A stretch of DNA of 64,000 nt from Calditrichia bacterium (GCA_050633245.1 JBOEGD010000002.1:119006-183005), one strand, 5' to 3'; positions 1 through 10,632 are shown, counted from the first letter of the stretch. Program-made: numbers and translations. The notes: a model not told the origin generated them from the letters alone.

Positions 1-3000
1 TTACCAGAACGACTTCCGGCAAGCTGAGAACCGTGAATGTTGCCGTTGTCGGAGATGGATCGACCGTCTGCCCCGAGCCGGAGTTGTCGTCCGAAAAACC
101 ATAGGAAATCTGCGCCGTCTCTAATCCAAGCTGGTAATCTGTACTAATTGGAATGACGAAGTTAATGGTGTCGCTACTGGCATTTGCAGCAAGCGTCAGT
201 GGGAACAGAGTATTGTCTTCACTGATCGGCAGAATACCACCAAGTCCGCCGTTTACAGTCGACAAGCGTATACTGTCCGGCCGCGCCAAAGTAGCCGAGG
301 CGTTTAAAGCTCCGCTATTCGTTAACACAACGGATGCCAGAACACCATCGGTTCCCTGCGTCGCACTATCTGGTTGAATACCAAAGAATGAAACCAATAC
401 ATTTGGCGAGTTCTGAACCAGCATGCCACTCCCCGCAAAGGCAATTGTCGCATTGAATGGAGCGCCGTTTTCAGTTCCAGATAAGACCAATTGAATAGGA
501 TAAGGCGTGCCGCTGGCTACAGATTGAACAACATACGGATCGAAAGCCAGTGTTACTGCATCCCCTGGCCCGCTACCCGGAGGAATCGAAGCACTCTGGG
601 ATAGCGCAACAGAATCATCACCAAACACCAGAAATGAGCTCGTGTCATTTAGAACCGTTGTTAATCCACCCAGATTTAACAGCTCCGCTGAGAAGGAAAA
701 AGAATCCCCATTCGTCACAACAGTTGGCGATACTCCCAAAACCGACAGATCAGCATTCTGCACGACAGCAAAATTCCAGGGGTTATTTGCCGAACCATCC
801 GATATAACTGTCCCAGAGGTTGTCGTTCCGCTAAATTGCCCGTCAATGATATAGTTTCCGGGGGTGGCATTCCCGGGAACGGTAATAGTAAATCCAAACT
901 GATTGTTCGGCGTATTCGGCAAGAGCTGAGTCGGGTTGTTGACAAATGCTGAAATAGAACTCTGCGGAAATCCCGAAATCGTTACTAGAGCAGTATTCAC
1001 ATTCACCGTGTCCGGGCCATCATTATTAACCGTCATGAATGCTTCAAAGACCGTTCCGCGTGCGTAAACGGTATTCGCTGCGGTAATATCTGTAATCTGA
1101 GAGCTGAAAATCCGCAATGAATTGGATGGCAAGACCAATTGGCCTGAAAGAACGTCATAAACATTCGACCCATTCAGGGTAACAATCGGAGCATAGCTGG
1201 AGTTAGCAAAATTCGGATTAACCTGAGTTGCGGTAAACGTAAGCTGTGTATTGCCACCAGCATTGAGCGTAACCGGCCCAGTCAAGGCCGCGCTGTAGCT
1301 ATTCGTTCCGTCTTCAAACTGAAAAAGCGTTGCAGCAGGATCGAGCACAACATTTCCATTGGACGCGGCAGCAGGCGTGGTGTTCGAAATGGACAACTGG
1401 AAGCTCACCACGCTGTCCGGGGAGACAGAAGCTGGCGAGAGACTATTCGCCACATAAAGAAGATGAAAAATATGTAGCTCAAGAGTCGTAACACCACTTA
1501 TCGTTGCATTATAAAATGAGGCCGTATTCGCAACGTCAGTTTTTACAATATTGGAAACACGCCCATCGGCTCCAGTTGTCAGTTGTAGATTTTCAAAACC
1601 AACGTTAAATCCTGCAGCACTGGTAAAATCAATAATGGTGTTTGGAGCCAGATTTCCAAAAGCATCACGTGCTTCTAAAATAACGGAGATGTTTTCTCCC
1701 GGCACCGCAGCAACAGAGTCGCTGGCAATCTGACGCATCGAAATTAAGTTTAATGAGACACCCGATCCGGCAGCCGCATCTGCTGTAACCGTAGCCGTTC
1801 GGGTCGGACTCGCCGTCAGCGTTGCCGTTAAGCTTTGAGTACCGACGGTATTGCCCAGCTGCCAGGTCGGAGAAATTTCACCGGAGCCGTTGGTTGTGCC
1901 GGACGGCGGAGTGATGATACCGCCTTGCGGAGAGCTGAAGTTCACTGCTGCTCCTGAGACAATATTTCCGAAACTATCCATCGCTCGGAAAACAATCGGA
2001 CTCCCTAACGTTTGCCCGACAGTACCGTTTTGTTCATCACCAGAGATGGCAACAATACTATCTACGGCAGCAGGTTGATTCGCCGTTCCGGTAAAGTTAA
2101 TAAACGTGGGTGTTGTTGTAGCGGTAGATGCCTGAACTGTGTACGCACCCAGCCTACTTCCCAGCGTCAACTGTGTGGATGCCTGACCTGAGGCATTTGT
2201 CGCCTGCGAGAAGACACTCAGCGACGCATTTTCTGCTCCGGAAGGTTGATTGGTGATTGCAAAGCTTACCAAGACTCCTTCTGCCGGGTTTCCATTAGCA
2301 TCTTCAACCTGAACGGTAAAGGAGTTTCCGAGCGTCGCCCCAACTGTTCCTGTGCCCGTAGTGCTTCCAACGGAGGCAAGCGTTGAAGCTGAGCCGGCAC
2401 TGACGAGAGCGTAATAGGTCAGGCTGTTCGGAACAGTAACACCACCGGAGAACTGTGCAGAGAGACTATCTGTGGTTGCAGTTCCGTGCACGGTCCATCG
2501 TGTTGCAGCTATTCCTTCAGCATTGGTAACAGCCGATACCGGATTGACGGAACCGCCGGCAAGTGGCGTAAAATCTATGCTTATACCGGACACCGGATTA
2601 GAGAAAGCGTCTTCAACGAAGACCTCTATATCTCTGGGCAATTCGCTATTTATAGGCGCTGCCTGACTATCAGAGGCAGCAATCTTTGTTAGCGTCGCAG
2701 GTGCGCCGGCAACCACACTAAGTGTAGAGGTCAGATCTGTTAAAGAGCCGCCGTTCTGTGTTGCTCGCAAGCGTCCATTTCCGACAGTCTGTGCTGTTAA
2801 CATAGTTGACGTCGCGGGACCACTCGTTGAAAGTACACCGATGCCATCACCTTCAATCGCCCAATTGGAAGAGACGAGCGAAACAAAATTCCCATCACTG
2901 TCATAACCTCCTGCAAAGGCAGTTAGCGTGGTACCGGCACTTAAAGTCGTCGTATCAATTTCAGAAGCCGCACCGGTTGCGCCATCCTGAATGCGAATCT

Positions 3001-6000
3001 GTGAAATCGCTCCAGACTGCACCGTTATTGTAGCTGTTGTATCATCTGCCAGTCCACTAATCGTACGAATCTGCCCGGACTGCGTTGTTGTGGGGGAGAA
3101 ATTTATCGAGCTGGCTGGTCCGGCAGGCACTCCGACTAATCCAATGCCAGCCCAGCTAACCGAAACATCGGCAAGATAATTTCCAAACGCATCGTAGGAA
3201 GCAGCAAAAAGGGTTATTGTGGTATCAGTATCGATAGTTAATGGTGTTGCCTCATAGGCGACACCACCATTGTTGGCAGCGCTACGAATTAAAATTGAGG
3301 CCGCTGTTCCTGCATTAACTGTAATGACGCCGGTCTGATCAAATACATTCGCATCGGAAACAGCTTCAGCCCGTATCACGCCATTTCCCGTTCCGGTAGC
3401 GGTAAACACAACGCTGTCTACGGCGTTCTGTGTTGCCGAACCGCCTTGAAATTCACCAAGCGTGGTCGGACTAACTGTCCAATTACTGCTAATGTTGCCA
3501 ATTCGATTATCATCGCTATCATAACCAACTGCAAAAACGGTTAACGTGGCTCCCACATCAAGCGATGGTACATTGCCAACCTCGGTACCGGCATCCAGGC
3601 TATCTGTCTGAATTTTAACAAAGGATAAAGCGCCGGCATTAACGGTAATCGTTCCGGTAAGCTCGGCAACAACACCGGGATTCCCCGGGATACTCAGCTG
3701 CAACACCCCGCTGCCGCTGGCTGCCGGGCTAAAGCTGATTGAGGAACCGGTAAAAGGAAATGTAAGCGGTGGAGAAGGCGTAAGCGTTCCGCTAGCAACC
3801 GCCCACTGCACCGTTGCAATATCTTCAATATAATTGCCAAACAGGTCGTAACCAGCTGCATACAGGTTCAACGTTTCGGTGGAGGCTATTGAAATATTCA
3901 CGCCACCAAGATCATTTCCAGTATTTCCTGCCTCGCTACGAACCCGCAGTTCAGCGACAGGCCCGGCCGTTACAGTAAGCAGTTCGGACGAGCCGGAACG
4001 ACTGTTATCGCTGTCCAGCTGCGCCAATACGGTGAACGTTCCAGCGGTGTTATCCGAAACCTGAATTGCATCGACAGAGTCATTGCTAAAGGTATAGGTG
4101 TTAGACGGGCTGAAGGTCGCAGTTGCCGAACCGACGGCGGACATGGTATAACTTTCTGAATTGACCACGCCATTGCCAAACACATCTCTCGCCACCACCT
4201 CTAAATTTAGCGGTGCGCTGGCAAGCACCGTGGATGAGCCAATTACGTTTATCTCAAAATAACTTATCTCACCACTCTTCAGCGGAATGGTTATGGTAGT
4301 GGTTACGCCACCAAAGCTCACCTGAATTTGGTCACTACCAACCGCAGTAGACGTGCTGGCACGATAATCGACTTCAGCGACACCCGTGGCATCGGTAGCA
4401 TCTGTGGTTGAGGTACCACCCGTTGTAAACTGAGCATCGCCGGTAAGAATTTGAAAGCTAACGGTGCTGTCCGGATGAATATTTCCAAAGGCGTCTACCA
4501 ATCGCACCTGGAGACGACGTGTTGCCCCGGCTTCAATGGAATCAGTAGATGAAACAATCTGAAATGCTGCCGGTGCTGCCGGAACCACGGTAATATTGGT
4601 GGAAACAGCATCCTTATTGGCATCTGTAATATCAAAAACACGGACATTGAAATTGCCAACGACATTATCTGTTACCGTTCGAACAAAGTTAGTTGCACCG
4701 GCAAAGCCGACGGTGTCCTGTGAGAAAGTCGCAGTTGAACTTCCCAATGCGCGAAAGGTAACCGACTCCGTATTATTGATAGGATTATCGAATTGATCGA
4801 GAGCTGTGACCGTCAAGTTTAAGGGAGTGCCCGCAGCAACTGTTGCCGACGCAGGAACGACGCTATAGCTTTCAACTTGTGATGATGACGTTACATTAAA
4901 TGAAGTACTTAGCGAGGCTCTTCCCGCTTCATTGAGATAGGTATAGGCATCGAAGTTTACAGCTGTTGCACCGGTTGTTGTCGGCACATTTGCCCGAAAA
5001 CTCACCGAAATGTCGTCGCGAATACTCAGTGGCGGAAGGCGAATAAACAAGCTGTCACTATTTGTATCGTAAAACCAGGTCGCCAGATTTGGAAAGAAAT
5101 TGTACTCTGCAACCGTCGGAGCTGTGTTTCGCTGAATAAAAAAGAACGAGTTTCCATCGACAAGAATAGTATCAATTATCGAGATGGGAGACGAAAACGG
5201 ATTGTCAATGCGGATCACATCGGCTTTCCCATTATCAACAAAAGAAGCCGTTGCCGTAAGAGATGTTGTTTCTAAACGAAACTGCTGTGCATTCGTTCCG
5301 GCTTCAGCAGATGTCGGAACAATGGCAGCAGTACCACTTAGATTCGACAGTGGGAAAAACAGCATCGCCAAACCTTCCGAAAGGACCGGATCGTTGGTTC
5401 CGTATTCTACTACATCAGCGCCAAAGCGAATCCCCTCGGTTGCATTTCGACCTATTTCATCATTCAACCCTGTTCCAAGGTCGAGATATTGCATTTTGAT
5501 CAGATTTGTCGTCTCATATAGAATTACCTGAAAAGTGAGGGTTCCGCTACTCGAATTCAGCTGAGCATTGCTCCACTCGATAATGTGCTTGCGGTACGGG
5601 GCGGTGCCAATCGTTTTGCTGTAAATCTGCCCGTTTACCGGACCGTTCAAAACCAAGTTATCCCAAAAGACCGCAATCAACTGATCAGGATCAGTGTTCG
5701 GAGGCAATGCATCATTGCTAGGAAAGCTGTTATTACCATAATCAGTAAACGTAACATAACCGTTTGTACTGACATACATGGTCGTAAATGACTGCGAATA
5801 AAAATCAAAAGTAAACGGCAGGTTTACGGTATACACTTCATTGTCATCACCGACATTGCCGATGACCGTTCCATCTGAAATTTCTATCCAGCCAAATTCA
5901 ACATTACCGGTATCAGCCCAGGCATAGCCGGCAGGACTGGGTGTTCCAATAATCTCCGCAAACGCAACCGTGTTAAATGCACAGAGCAGGGCGACAATAA

Positions 6001-6028
6001 TAAACGATTTTTTTATCACACGAATCAT
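1..6028 (-). CDS. Giant secreted/surface protein (>2000 aa, 3' end beyond the window): signal peptide, NIDO-like N-terminal domain, tandem invasin/Big_1-type Ig-like repeats
   Basis: Absent from the ORF track because there is no stop in the window. Manual translation from ATG 6028 (alternative 6040) gives MIRVIKKSFIIVALLCAFNTVAFA-EIIGTPSPAGYAWADTG...LPFTFDFYSQSFTTMYVSTNGYVTF...LIAVFWDNL. DxFGN-like motifs recur about every 100-110 aa, and the same frame is still open at position 2 (...PSPTTATFTVLSLPEVVLV). Confidence 0.88.
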   Translation of the reverse strand, partial: MIRVIKKSFIIVALLCAFNTVAFAEIIGTPSPAGYAWADTGNVEFGWIEISDGTVIGNVGDDNEVYTVNLPFTFDFYSQSFTTMYVSTNGYVTFTDYGNNSFPSNDALPPNTDPDQLIAVFWDNLVLNGPVNGQIYSKTIGTAPYRKHIIEWSNAQLNSSSGTLTFQVILYETTNLIKMQYLDLGTGLNDEIGRNATEGIRFGADVVEYGTNDPVLSEGLAMLFFPLSNLSGTAAIVPTSAEAGTNAQQFRLETTSLTATASFVDNGKADVIRIDNPFSSPISIIDTILVDGNSFFFIQRNTAPTVAEYNFFPNLATWFYDTNSDSLFIRLPPLSIRDDISVSFRANVPTTTGATAVNFDAYTYLNEAGRASLSTSFNVTSSSQVESYSVVPASATVAAGTPLNLTVTALDQFDNPINNTESVTFRALGSSTATFSQDTVGFAGATNFVRTVTDNVVGNFNVRVFDITDANKDAVSTNITVVPAAPAAFQIVSSTDSIEAGATRRLQVRLVDAFGNIHPDSTVSFQILTGDAQFTTGGTSTTDATDATGVAEVDYRASTSTAVGSDQIQVSFGGVTTTITIPLKSGEISYFEINVIGSSTVLASAPLNLEVVARDVFGNGVVNSESYTMSAVGSATATFSPSNTYTFSNDSVDAIQVSDNTAGTFTVLAQLDSDNSRSGSSELLTVTAGPVAELRVRSEAGNTGNDLGGVNISIASTETLNLYAAGYDLFGNYIEDIATVQWAVASGTLTPSPPLTFPFTGSSISFSPAASGSGVLQLSIPGNPGVVAELTGTITVNAGALSFVKIQTDSLDAGTEVGNVPSLDVGATLTVFAVGYDSDDNRIGNISSNWTVSPTTLGEFQGGSATQNAVDSVVFTATGTGNGVIRAEAVSDANVFDQTGVITVNAGTAASILIRSAANNGGVAYEATPLTIDTDTTITLFAASYDAFGNYLADVSVSWAGIGLVGVPAGPASSINFSPTTTQSGQIRTISGLADDTTATITVQSGAISQIRIQDGATGAASEIDTTTLSAGTTLTAFAGGYDSDGNFVSLVSSNWAIEGDGIGVLSTSGPATSTMLTAQTVGNGRLRATQNGGSLTDLTSTLSVVAGAPATLTKIAASDSQAAPINSELPRDIEVFVEDAFSNPVSGISIDFTPLAGGSVNPVSAVTNAEGIAATRWTVHGTATTDSLSAQFSGGVTVPNSLTYYALVSAGSASTLASVGSTTGTGTVGATLGNSFTVQVEDANGNPAEGVLVSFAITNQPSGAENASLSVFSQATNASGQASTQLTLGSRLGAYTVQASTATTTPTFINFTGTANQPAAVDSIVAISGDEQNGTVGQTLGSPIVFRAMDSFGNIVSGAAVNFSSPQGGIITPPSGTTNGSGEISPTWQLGNTVGTQSLTATLTASPTRTATVTADAAAGSGVSLNLISMRQIASDSVAAVPGENISVILEARDAFGNLAPNTIIDFTSAAGFNVGFENLQLTTGADGRVSNIVKTDVANTASFYNATISGVTTLELHIFHLLYVANSLSPASVSPDSVVSFQLSISNTTPAAASNGNVVLDPAATLFQFEDGTNSYSAALTGPVTLNAGGNTQLTFTATQVNPNFANSSYAPIVTLNGSNVYDVLSGQLVLPSNSLRIFSSQITDITAANTVYARGTVFEAFMTVNNDGPDTVNVNTALVTISGFPQSSISAFVNNPTQLLPNTPNNQFGFTITVPGNATPGNYIIDGQFSGTTTSGTVISDGSANNPWNFAVVQNADLSVLGVSPTVVTNGDSFSFSAELLNLGGLTTVLNDTSSFLVFGDDSVALSQSASIPPGSGPGDAVTLAFDPYVVQSVASGTPYPIQLVLSGTENGAPFNATIAFAGSGMLVQNSPNVLVSFFGIQPDSATQGTDGVLASVVLTNSGALNASATLARPDSIRLSTVNGGLGGILPISEDNTLFPLTLAANASSDTINFVIPISTDYQLGLETAQISYGFSDDNSGSGQTVDPSPTTATFTVLSLPEVVLV

Positions 6029-6039
6029 GGTGTGTTCCA

Positions 6040-6501
6040 TTACTTAAGATCAATTTCTATCGAGCGAATTAACTGTGCCGGCGCATCTGCCCGGCTATCG
6101 GTCTGACCGATTTCCAAACTATATGTATCTTCCTTGCTGTCCAGCAATACTACCACGCAACGAAGTGTTTGCGCCTGAGCCAGCAAGTCTTTAAGTCCAT
6201 CCAAGTCAATAATCAGAGATGCTTCATCATCCATCCAGTGGGCGGAACCGGCAACGGTTACGTCATCGGAAGAACGCTTCAACCATATTTGACGATCATC
6301 GAGCCACAGTTCCTGAAGCGCCACAGCCTGTCCGGTTTTATCGGCAATAGAGAGCAGCTGCTGTGAATTGTCCAGGTCGCCTACTGTGATATCAATTGCG
6401 ATACCGGATGCCAATTCGCTGCGCTGCACACTCATGGAGTTTTGGGCAAACAATGGCAAACCAAGTATGCCAAAAAAGACCACCATTAATACGTGTTTCA
6501 T
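6040..6501 (-). CDS. Hypothetical secreted beta-rich protein, translationally coupled to the giant protein
   Basis: Signal peptide MKHVLMVVFFGILGLPLFA-Q; its TAA stop overlaps an in-frame ATG of the giant ORF. Confidence 0.75.
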   Translation of the reverse strand: MKHVLMVVFFGILGLPLFAQNSMSVQRSELASGIAIDITVGDLDNSQQLLSIADKTGQAVALQELWLDDRQIWLKRSSDDVTVAGSAHWMDDEASLIIDLDGLKDLLAQAQTLRCVVVLLDSKEDTYSLEIGQTDSRADAPAQLIRSIEIDLK

Positions 6502-6661
6502 AGATACTCCTGTCAGAGAGTCATTTTGCGTACATGTATATTTAGCCTAAAAAAGGCCAATTTTGCTGTTCATACAACCAGCAAACAAGATATTCCCGGA
6601 AATAGATGGAGGCGGTGATTGCTGTCACCGGGACAAAAACTACTATGAACCGTCCTAAGCT

Positions 6662-7813
6662 CTAAACAATCGTTTTGATTAATGATAAAAACTCCCGGCC
6701 GTCGTTTTCGACCAAACGCAGATTCTTAACTGCCTTTTCAAAATTCGGATTAATCCGAGTGGCATCGCGAAAGTTATCCAGACCAGCCAGGAAGTAGTGG
6801 CGGCACTGCATTAAGTGAATCAGTGCCAGATAATGCCACAAATCGGCATAGGAAGGATTGTATTCCAGAGCTGAAGCGATCTTTTCTTCATAGCCTTCAA
6901 GAGATTCTGAAGAAAGTTCTTCTTCGCTATAGAAAAGACGCAGGTAGAACTGATAGCCAATCACTTCAGGGGGAACGCGACGGACATAGTTCTTTTCACG
7001 ATGCTCGTGGATCAGGCTAAGCGCTTTATGCATATCATTCTGCAGAAGCGCTTTAGAGATCATAGAGCTTTGCTGACGATCTTCCGCATTTCCGTGCGTA
7101 TGGATCTTCTTCAACATTATTTTTATAAAATCAGTGCTCTTTTTTACTTCTGCCTGTCTTTCCTGGCTCTGTAATAGAGAAACCGTACGCTGCATAAGAG
7201 CTTCTGCAAGATTGAAGAAAGCCTCGATGTAGGACGAATTCTGGTTCAAAGCGAGCTTGAAAAAATCGAAAGCCTTGCGAAAGTTGCGCTTTTCTGTCAT
7301 AATTAGTCCCATCAAATTGTGAACATCGGGATAATCGGACTTGCCTTCCGGCAGTTGCGACAGAATTTCGATTGCCTGCTGATAGCGCTTTTGTAAATAG
7401 TAACAGCGTCCTAAGTAAACATAGCTGCTTTTACGATCCGACTGAAGTTCGATAGCGCGCTTAAAGTGCATCTCAGCCTTATCAAAAATGTGCATGTATA
7501 AAAACACGAGACCAATTTTCTCGTGCGGGGCGGGTTGATTCTCATCAAATACGCGGTCGGAGATTTCAAACAGACTGTCAATTTCTTCGATAATGGCTTG
7601 ATGAAATTGATCAACAATACGACGAAGACGCGCTTCGACGCCTTTTTCTTCTTTTCCATCCCGACGTTCGTAGCGATGATTCTCTACGAATAACAGGCGC
7701 CCCTTCTGGAACACCTCCGTTCGGATGATGCCTTCATCCAGAATTGTTGCCGTCTGGAGATGGAATTCTCTCGAGCCAACCGAGAGATTCTGATTTAAGC
7801 CAATATCTGCCAT
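6662..7813 (-). CDS. Cytoplasmic tetratricopeptide-repeat protein
   Basis: TPR signatures (AEMHFKRAIEL, YVYLGRCYY, YPDVHNLMG, YIEAFFNLA, NPSYADLW); no signal peptide. Confidence 0.85.
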   Translation of the reverse strand: MADIGLNQNLSVGSREFHLQTATILDEGIIRTEVFQKGRLLFVENHRYERRDGKEEKGVEARLRRIVDQFHQAIIEEIDSLFEISDRVFDENQPAPHEKIGLVFLYMHIFDKAEMHFKRAIELQSDRKSSYVYLGRCYYLQKRYQQAIEILSQLPEGKSDYPDVHNLMGLIMTEKRNFRKAFDFFKLALNQNSSYIEAFFNLAEALMQRTVSLLQSQERQAEVKKSTDFIKIMLKKIHTHGNAEDRQQSSMISKALLQNDMHKALSLIHEHREKNYVRRVPPEVIGYQFYLRLFYSEEELSSESLEGYEEKIASALEYNPSYADLWHYLALIHLMQCRHYFLAGLDNFRDATRINPNFEKAVKNLRLVENDGREFLSLIKTIV

Positions 7814-7979
7814 AGACCAATCTTGTTATAAAGTGTCGCGAATTCGAAGTTAACAGTTGTAAACAAAAGCGATGACGACGAACGATTCGCATTCGCTTGA
7901 CGGAGAAAACTTAGTTGAAAATTAATTTGTGCGAATTGATACATGTCTCATAATAATTATGCCAAAAATAATGCATGTC

Positions 7980-8384
7980 TTACTGATTCTTTCGCCGCGT
8001 CATAACGCTGAAAAAGGCTTCAGCCGCACGGAGGATAGCAAGCCAGTTGCGAACACGGCCGTTTCCATCCGAAGATCGTGCGCGAAAATGCTTTTCAACA
8101 CCAGACAGATCGCCTATTAAATTGCGAACCTGACTAACAGAATCGCTAACGGCTTCAACATGTTTGCGTGCGTTGCCGGTCACCTGAGACACGTCACCGG
8201 AAATGCGATTAGCGTTATCGAGCAGCTGCGGTAATCGCTGGTTTAGCCCGTCGGTAACCTCTTCCATACGGCGCAAGGATTGTCGCAACTGCACAATTGT
8301 TGGAATCATAAACATGACCAGCGCAAACACTGCCAGCGCAATAATCAGAACCGCTACAGCAAGAATTATTTCCCAGGAATCCAT
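7980..8384 (-). CDS. DUF948/YtxG-like membrane protein
   Basis: N-terminal TM helix followed by a coiled coil; adjacent to a YtxH-like gene. Confidence 0.75.
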   Translation of the reverse strand: MDSWEIILAVAVLIIALAVFALVMFMIPTIVQLRQSLRRMEEVTDGLNQRLPQLLDNANRISGDVSQVTGNARKHVEAVSDSVSQVRNLIGDLSGVEKHFRARSSDGNGRVRNWLAILRAAEAFFSVMTRRKNQ

Positions 8385-8413
8385 AGTCGTATACCTCTCT
8401 CAAGTATCGCGGC

Positions 8414-8926
8414 CTAGTCGTCAGACTTTTTAGTTTTGCGCGTGCGCTTTGCTGCCGGCTTCTTCGCCGCAGCCGGTTCTTCTGCACCGTTTTCTGCCGG
8501 AGCGTCATCGCCCTGCTTTTCCTTCAGATAGGCACTTTTGGCTGCTCCTAGAGCATCTTTCAGACGAGATGCACCCTCGGCAACCGTTTTCTTTCCTTCG
8601 CCGGCAACATTACGAAACTTTTCGCCCGTCTCGCGCAGCTTCTCACCCGTTTCGCTGAGATTTTCTTCAAGATCTCCGCGAAAGTGCGAAGCACTGGCTT
8701 CCAGGTCGGCAATACGTGCTTTAGCGGCATCGTAGTTCTCGCGAGCCCTTACAAGCTGATCATCATATTCACGACGCGCGCGGTCGTATAGGTCTCCGGC
8801 TTTTCCACCAAGCTCTTCACGCATTTCTTTCCCACTCTGCGGTGCATACAACAGTGCAGCTACGGCACCAAGTGCACCACCAACAATTAATCCTTTGATA
8901 AACTCTAATGCTCCTCGGTCTGACAT
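8414..8926 (-). CDS. YtxH domain-containing (general stress/gas-vesicle-like) protein
   Basis: FIKGLIVGGALGAVAALLYAPQSGKEMREEL motif; start reset to ATG 8926 after a GGGGG RBS. Confidence 0.88.
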   Translation of the reverse strand: MSDRGALEFIKGLIVGGALGAVAALLYAPQSGKEMREELGGKAGDLYDRARREYDDQLVRARENYDAAKARIADLEASASHFRGDLEENLSETGEKLRETGEKFRNVAGEGKKTVAEGASRLKDALGAAKSAYLKEKQGDDAPAENGAEEPAAAKKPAAKRTRKTKKSDD

Positions 8927-9081
8927 AAGAACCCCCTGGAATTGATGAGTCATGAATAATGAATTTTGATTCAACTAATATCTATGAATGATGATTGATA
9001 ATTTAACAACTTAAGAGCTCGATTGACAAGATTGAGTAAGATGATCTTCTAAATCATAAATAATAAGTCATCCTTCATCAA

Positions 9082-9987
9082 TCAAAAAACGGGCAAACGC
9101 ACCGCGACTGGGCGATGATCGGATACTTCCGGCTCATAGTTGGTAAACGCTTCATCGATTTTTAGTATCTGAGTAACGTGTGAAGAAAATGTATTGTCAA
9201 TACTGCTTGTTATCATAATATGATCTATTAACGAGCGAAAGCTGCCGCCTATAAAAGTATACTCTGTACTACTTCCGGCAAATGGCTCGGTTAGAAAAAC
9301 GTATTCTGATGGTGAATTCAAAAATGGTAGGAATACGTTGTCGCTTTGTTGATCTTCCAGCTCATCATTCCAGTCGCCGATTAAAACATAGTCCGGATCA
9401 CCACCACTGGCAATCTGATTGCTAATATATTGCTCCATTGAAATAATAGCACCGCGACGTCTGTTTTCTGAACTATCATCCCCCTGAGCCTTCAAATGCA
9501 GCACCATCATTGTAAAATCAATCTGATTTCCATCTTTCTCCGCCAGTAGCTCCACGACATAGGGCGCACGCGGAAAGTTAAACTCGCCGCTAAAGATATA
9601 GCTTTCGCTTTGCAGCGTAACAATCGACTTTTTGTAAATAATTCCCGGCCATAGCGGAAAACCGTTTGTCGCTCCAAATCCCACGCGCCCATCATAATCC
9701 GGCAAACTATCCAGCAAACGAAAGAAGGCATCACTGTCGCGAATTTCCTGAATCGCATAAATATCAGCATCCAGATCGCGAATAATTTCTTTCACGTTAC
9801 CAATGGTAGAATCAGACTTGGGAAACTGCTCAATATTCCAGCTGACAATATCAAGAGTAGACTCTGTTCCAAAGGGATCAACATTTATGCGATCAGCAGG
9901 CGGAAGCATTCGAGATGGCGTACTAACTCGCTGATTACAGGAGGAAGCGAATAGTAACAGGGTAATAATGAGGAGACAACGGCGCAT
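9082..9987 (-). CDS. Endonuclease/exonuclease/phosphatase (EEP) family lipoprotein
   Basis: SWNI, IQEI, HLKA, GDWND, IDHI and SDHRPV catalytic motifs; lipobox FASS-C after MRRCLL (ATG 9987). Confidence 0.9.
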   Translation of the reverse strand: MRRCLLIITLLLFASSCNQRVSTPSRMLPPADRINVDPFGTESTLDIVSWNIEQFPKSDSTIGNVKEIIRDLDADIYAIQEIRDSDAFFRLLDSLPDYDGRVGFGATNGFPLWPGIIYKKSIVTLQSESYIFSGEFNFPRAPYVVELLAEKDGNQIDFTMMVLHLKAQGDDSSENRRRGAIISMEQYISNQIASGGDPDYVLIGDWNDELEDQQSDNVFLPFLNSPSEYVFLTEPFAGSSTEYTFIGGSFRSLIDHIMITSSIDNTFSSHVTQILKIDEAFTNYEPEVSDHRPVAVRLPVF

Positions 9988-10115
9988 AGAGAAATACCTT
10001 TCTTGCAGCGTGGAAGCGGGAGCGCACGACACATTGGTATCGTTTGCGTAATTTGCGGTGAAAGAGGGGGCAGCGCAATGACAATTATCATTTTACGCTG
10101 CCCTAAATATACAGA

Positions 10116-10529
10116 CTATAACAGTTCGCGACCACCAAAGAAGAAGTTTATTTCGATATCAGCATTTTCATCTGAATCGGAGGCGTGAATTGCATTGTTT
10201 TCGATATTGGTACCAAAGTCCTTACGAATAGTGCCTTCAGCAGCATCAGCAGGATTGGTTGCACCGATAAACTCACGAAATGCCAAGACAGCATTATCTT
10301 TTTCCAGAACCATAGCAACAACAGGGCCGCCGCTCATGTATTCGGTAAGGTCATTGTAAAACGGGCGTTCTTTGTGAACAGCATAGAACGCTTCAGCGTC
10401 CTGCTTGCTTAGGCGAAGCATGCGCATGGCTAAAATTTTGAATCCACCTTTTTCGATGCGATCAGCAATAGCACCAACCTGATTGCGCTCAACGCACTCC
10501 GGCTTAATCATCGTATACGTACGGGACAT
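10116..10529 (-). CDS. ndk: Nucleoside-diphosphate kinase
   Basis: RTYTMIKP, FYAVHKERPFY, GTIRKDFG, NAIHASDS. Confidence 0.97.
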   Translation of the reverse strand: MSRTYTMIKPECVERNQVGAIADRIEKGGFKILAMRMLRLSKQDAEAFYAVHKERPFYNDLTEYMSGGPVVAMVLEKDNAVLAFREFIGATNPADAAEGTIRKDFGTNIENNAIHASDSDENADIEINFFFGGRELL

Positions 10530-10632
10530 TCTTGGTCTCCTGGTTTAGCGTCGACTATATGACAGTTGTATTCGTTTCATTTTAAACAGCATCAAATATA
10601 ATAGTGAAATTGCCATAATCAAATCCTCCAAT

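Noticed and set aside
153-5791. Many short plus- and minus-strand ORFs in the track
   Set aside because: All overlap the single giant minus-strand CDS and are shadows of it.
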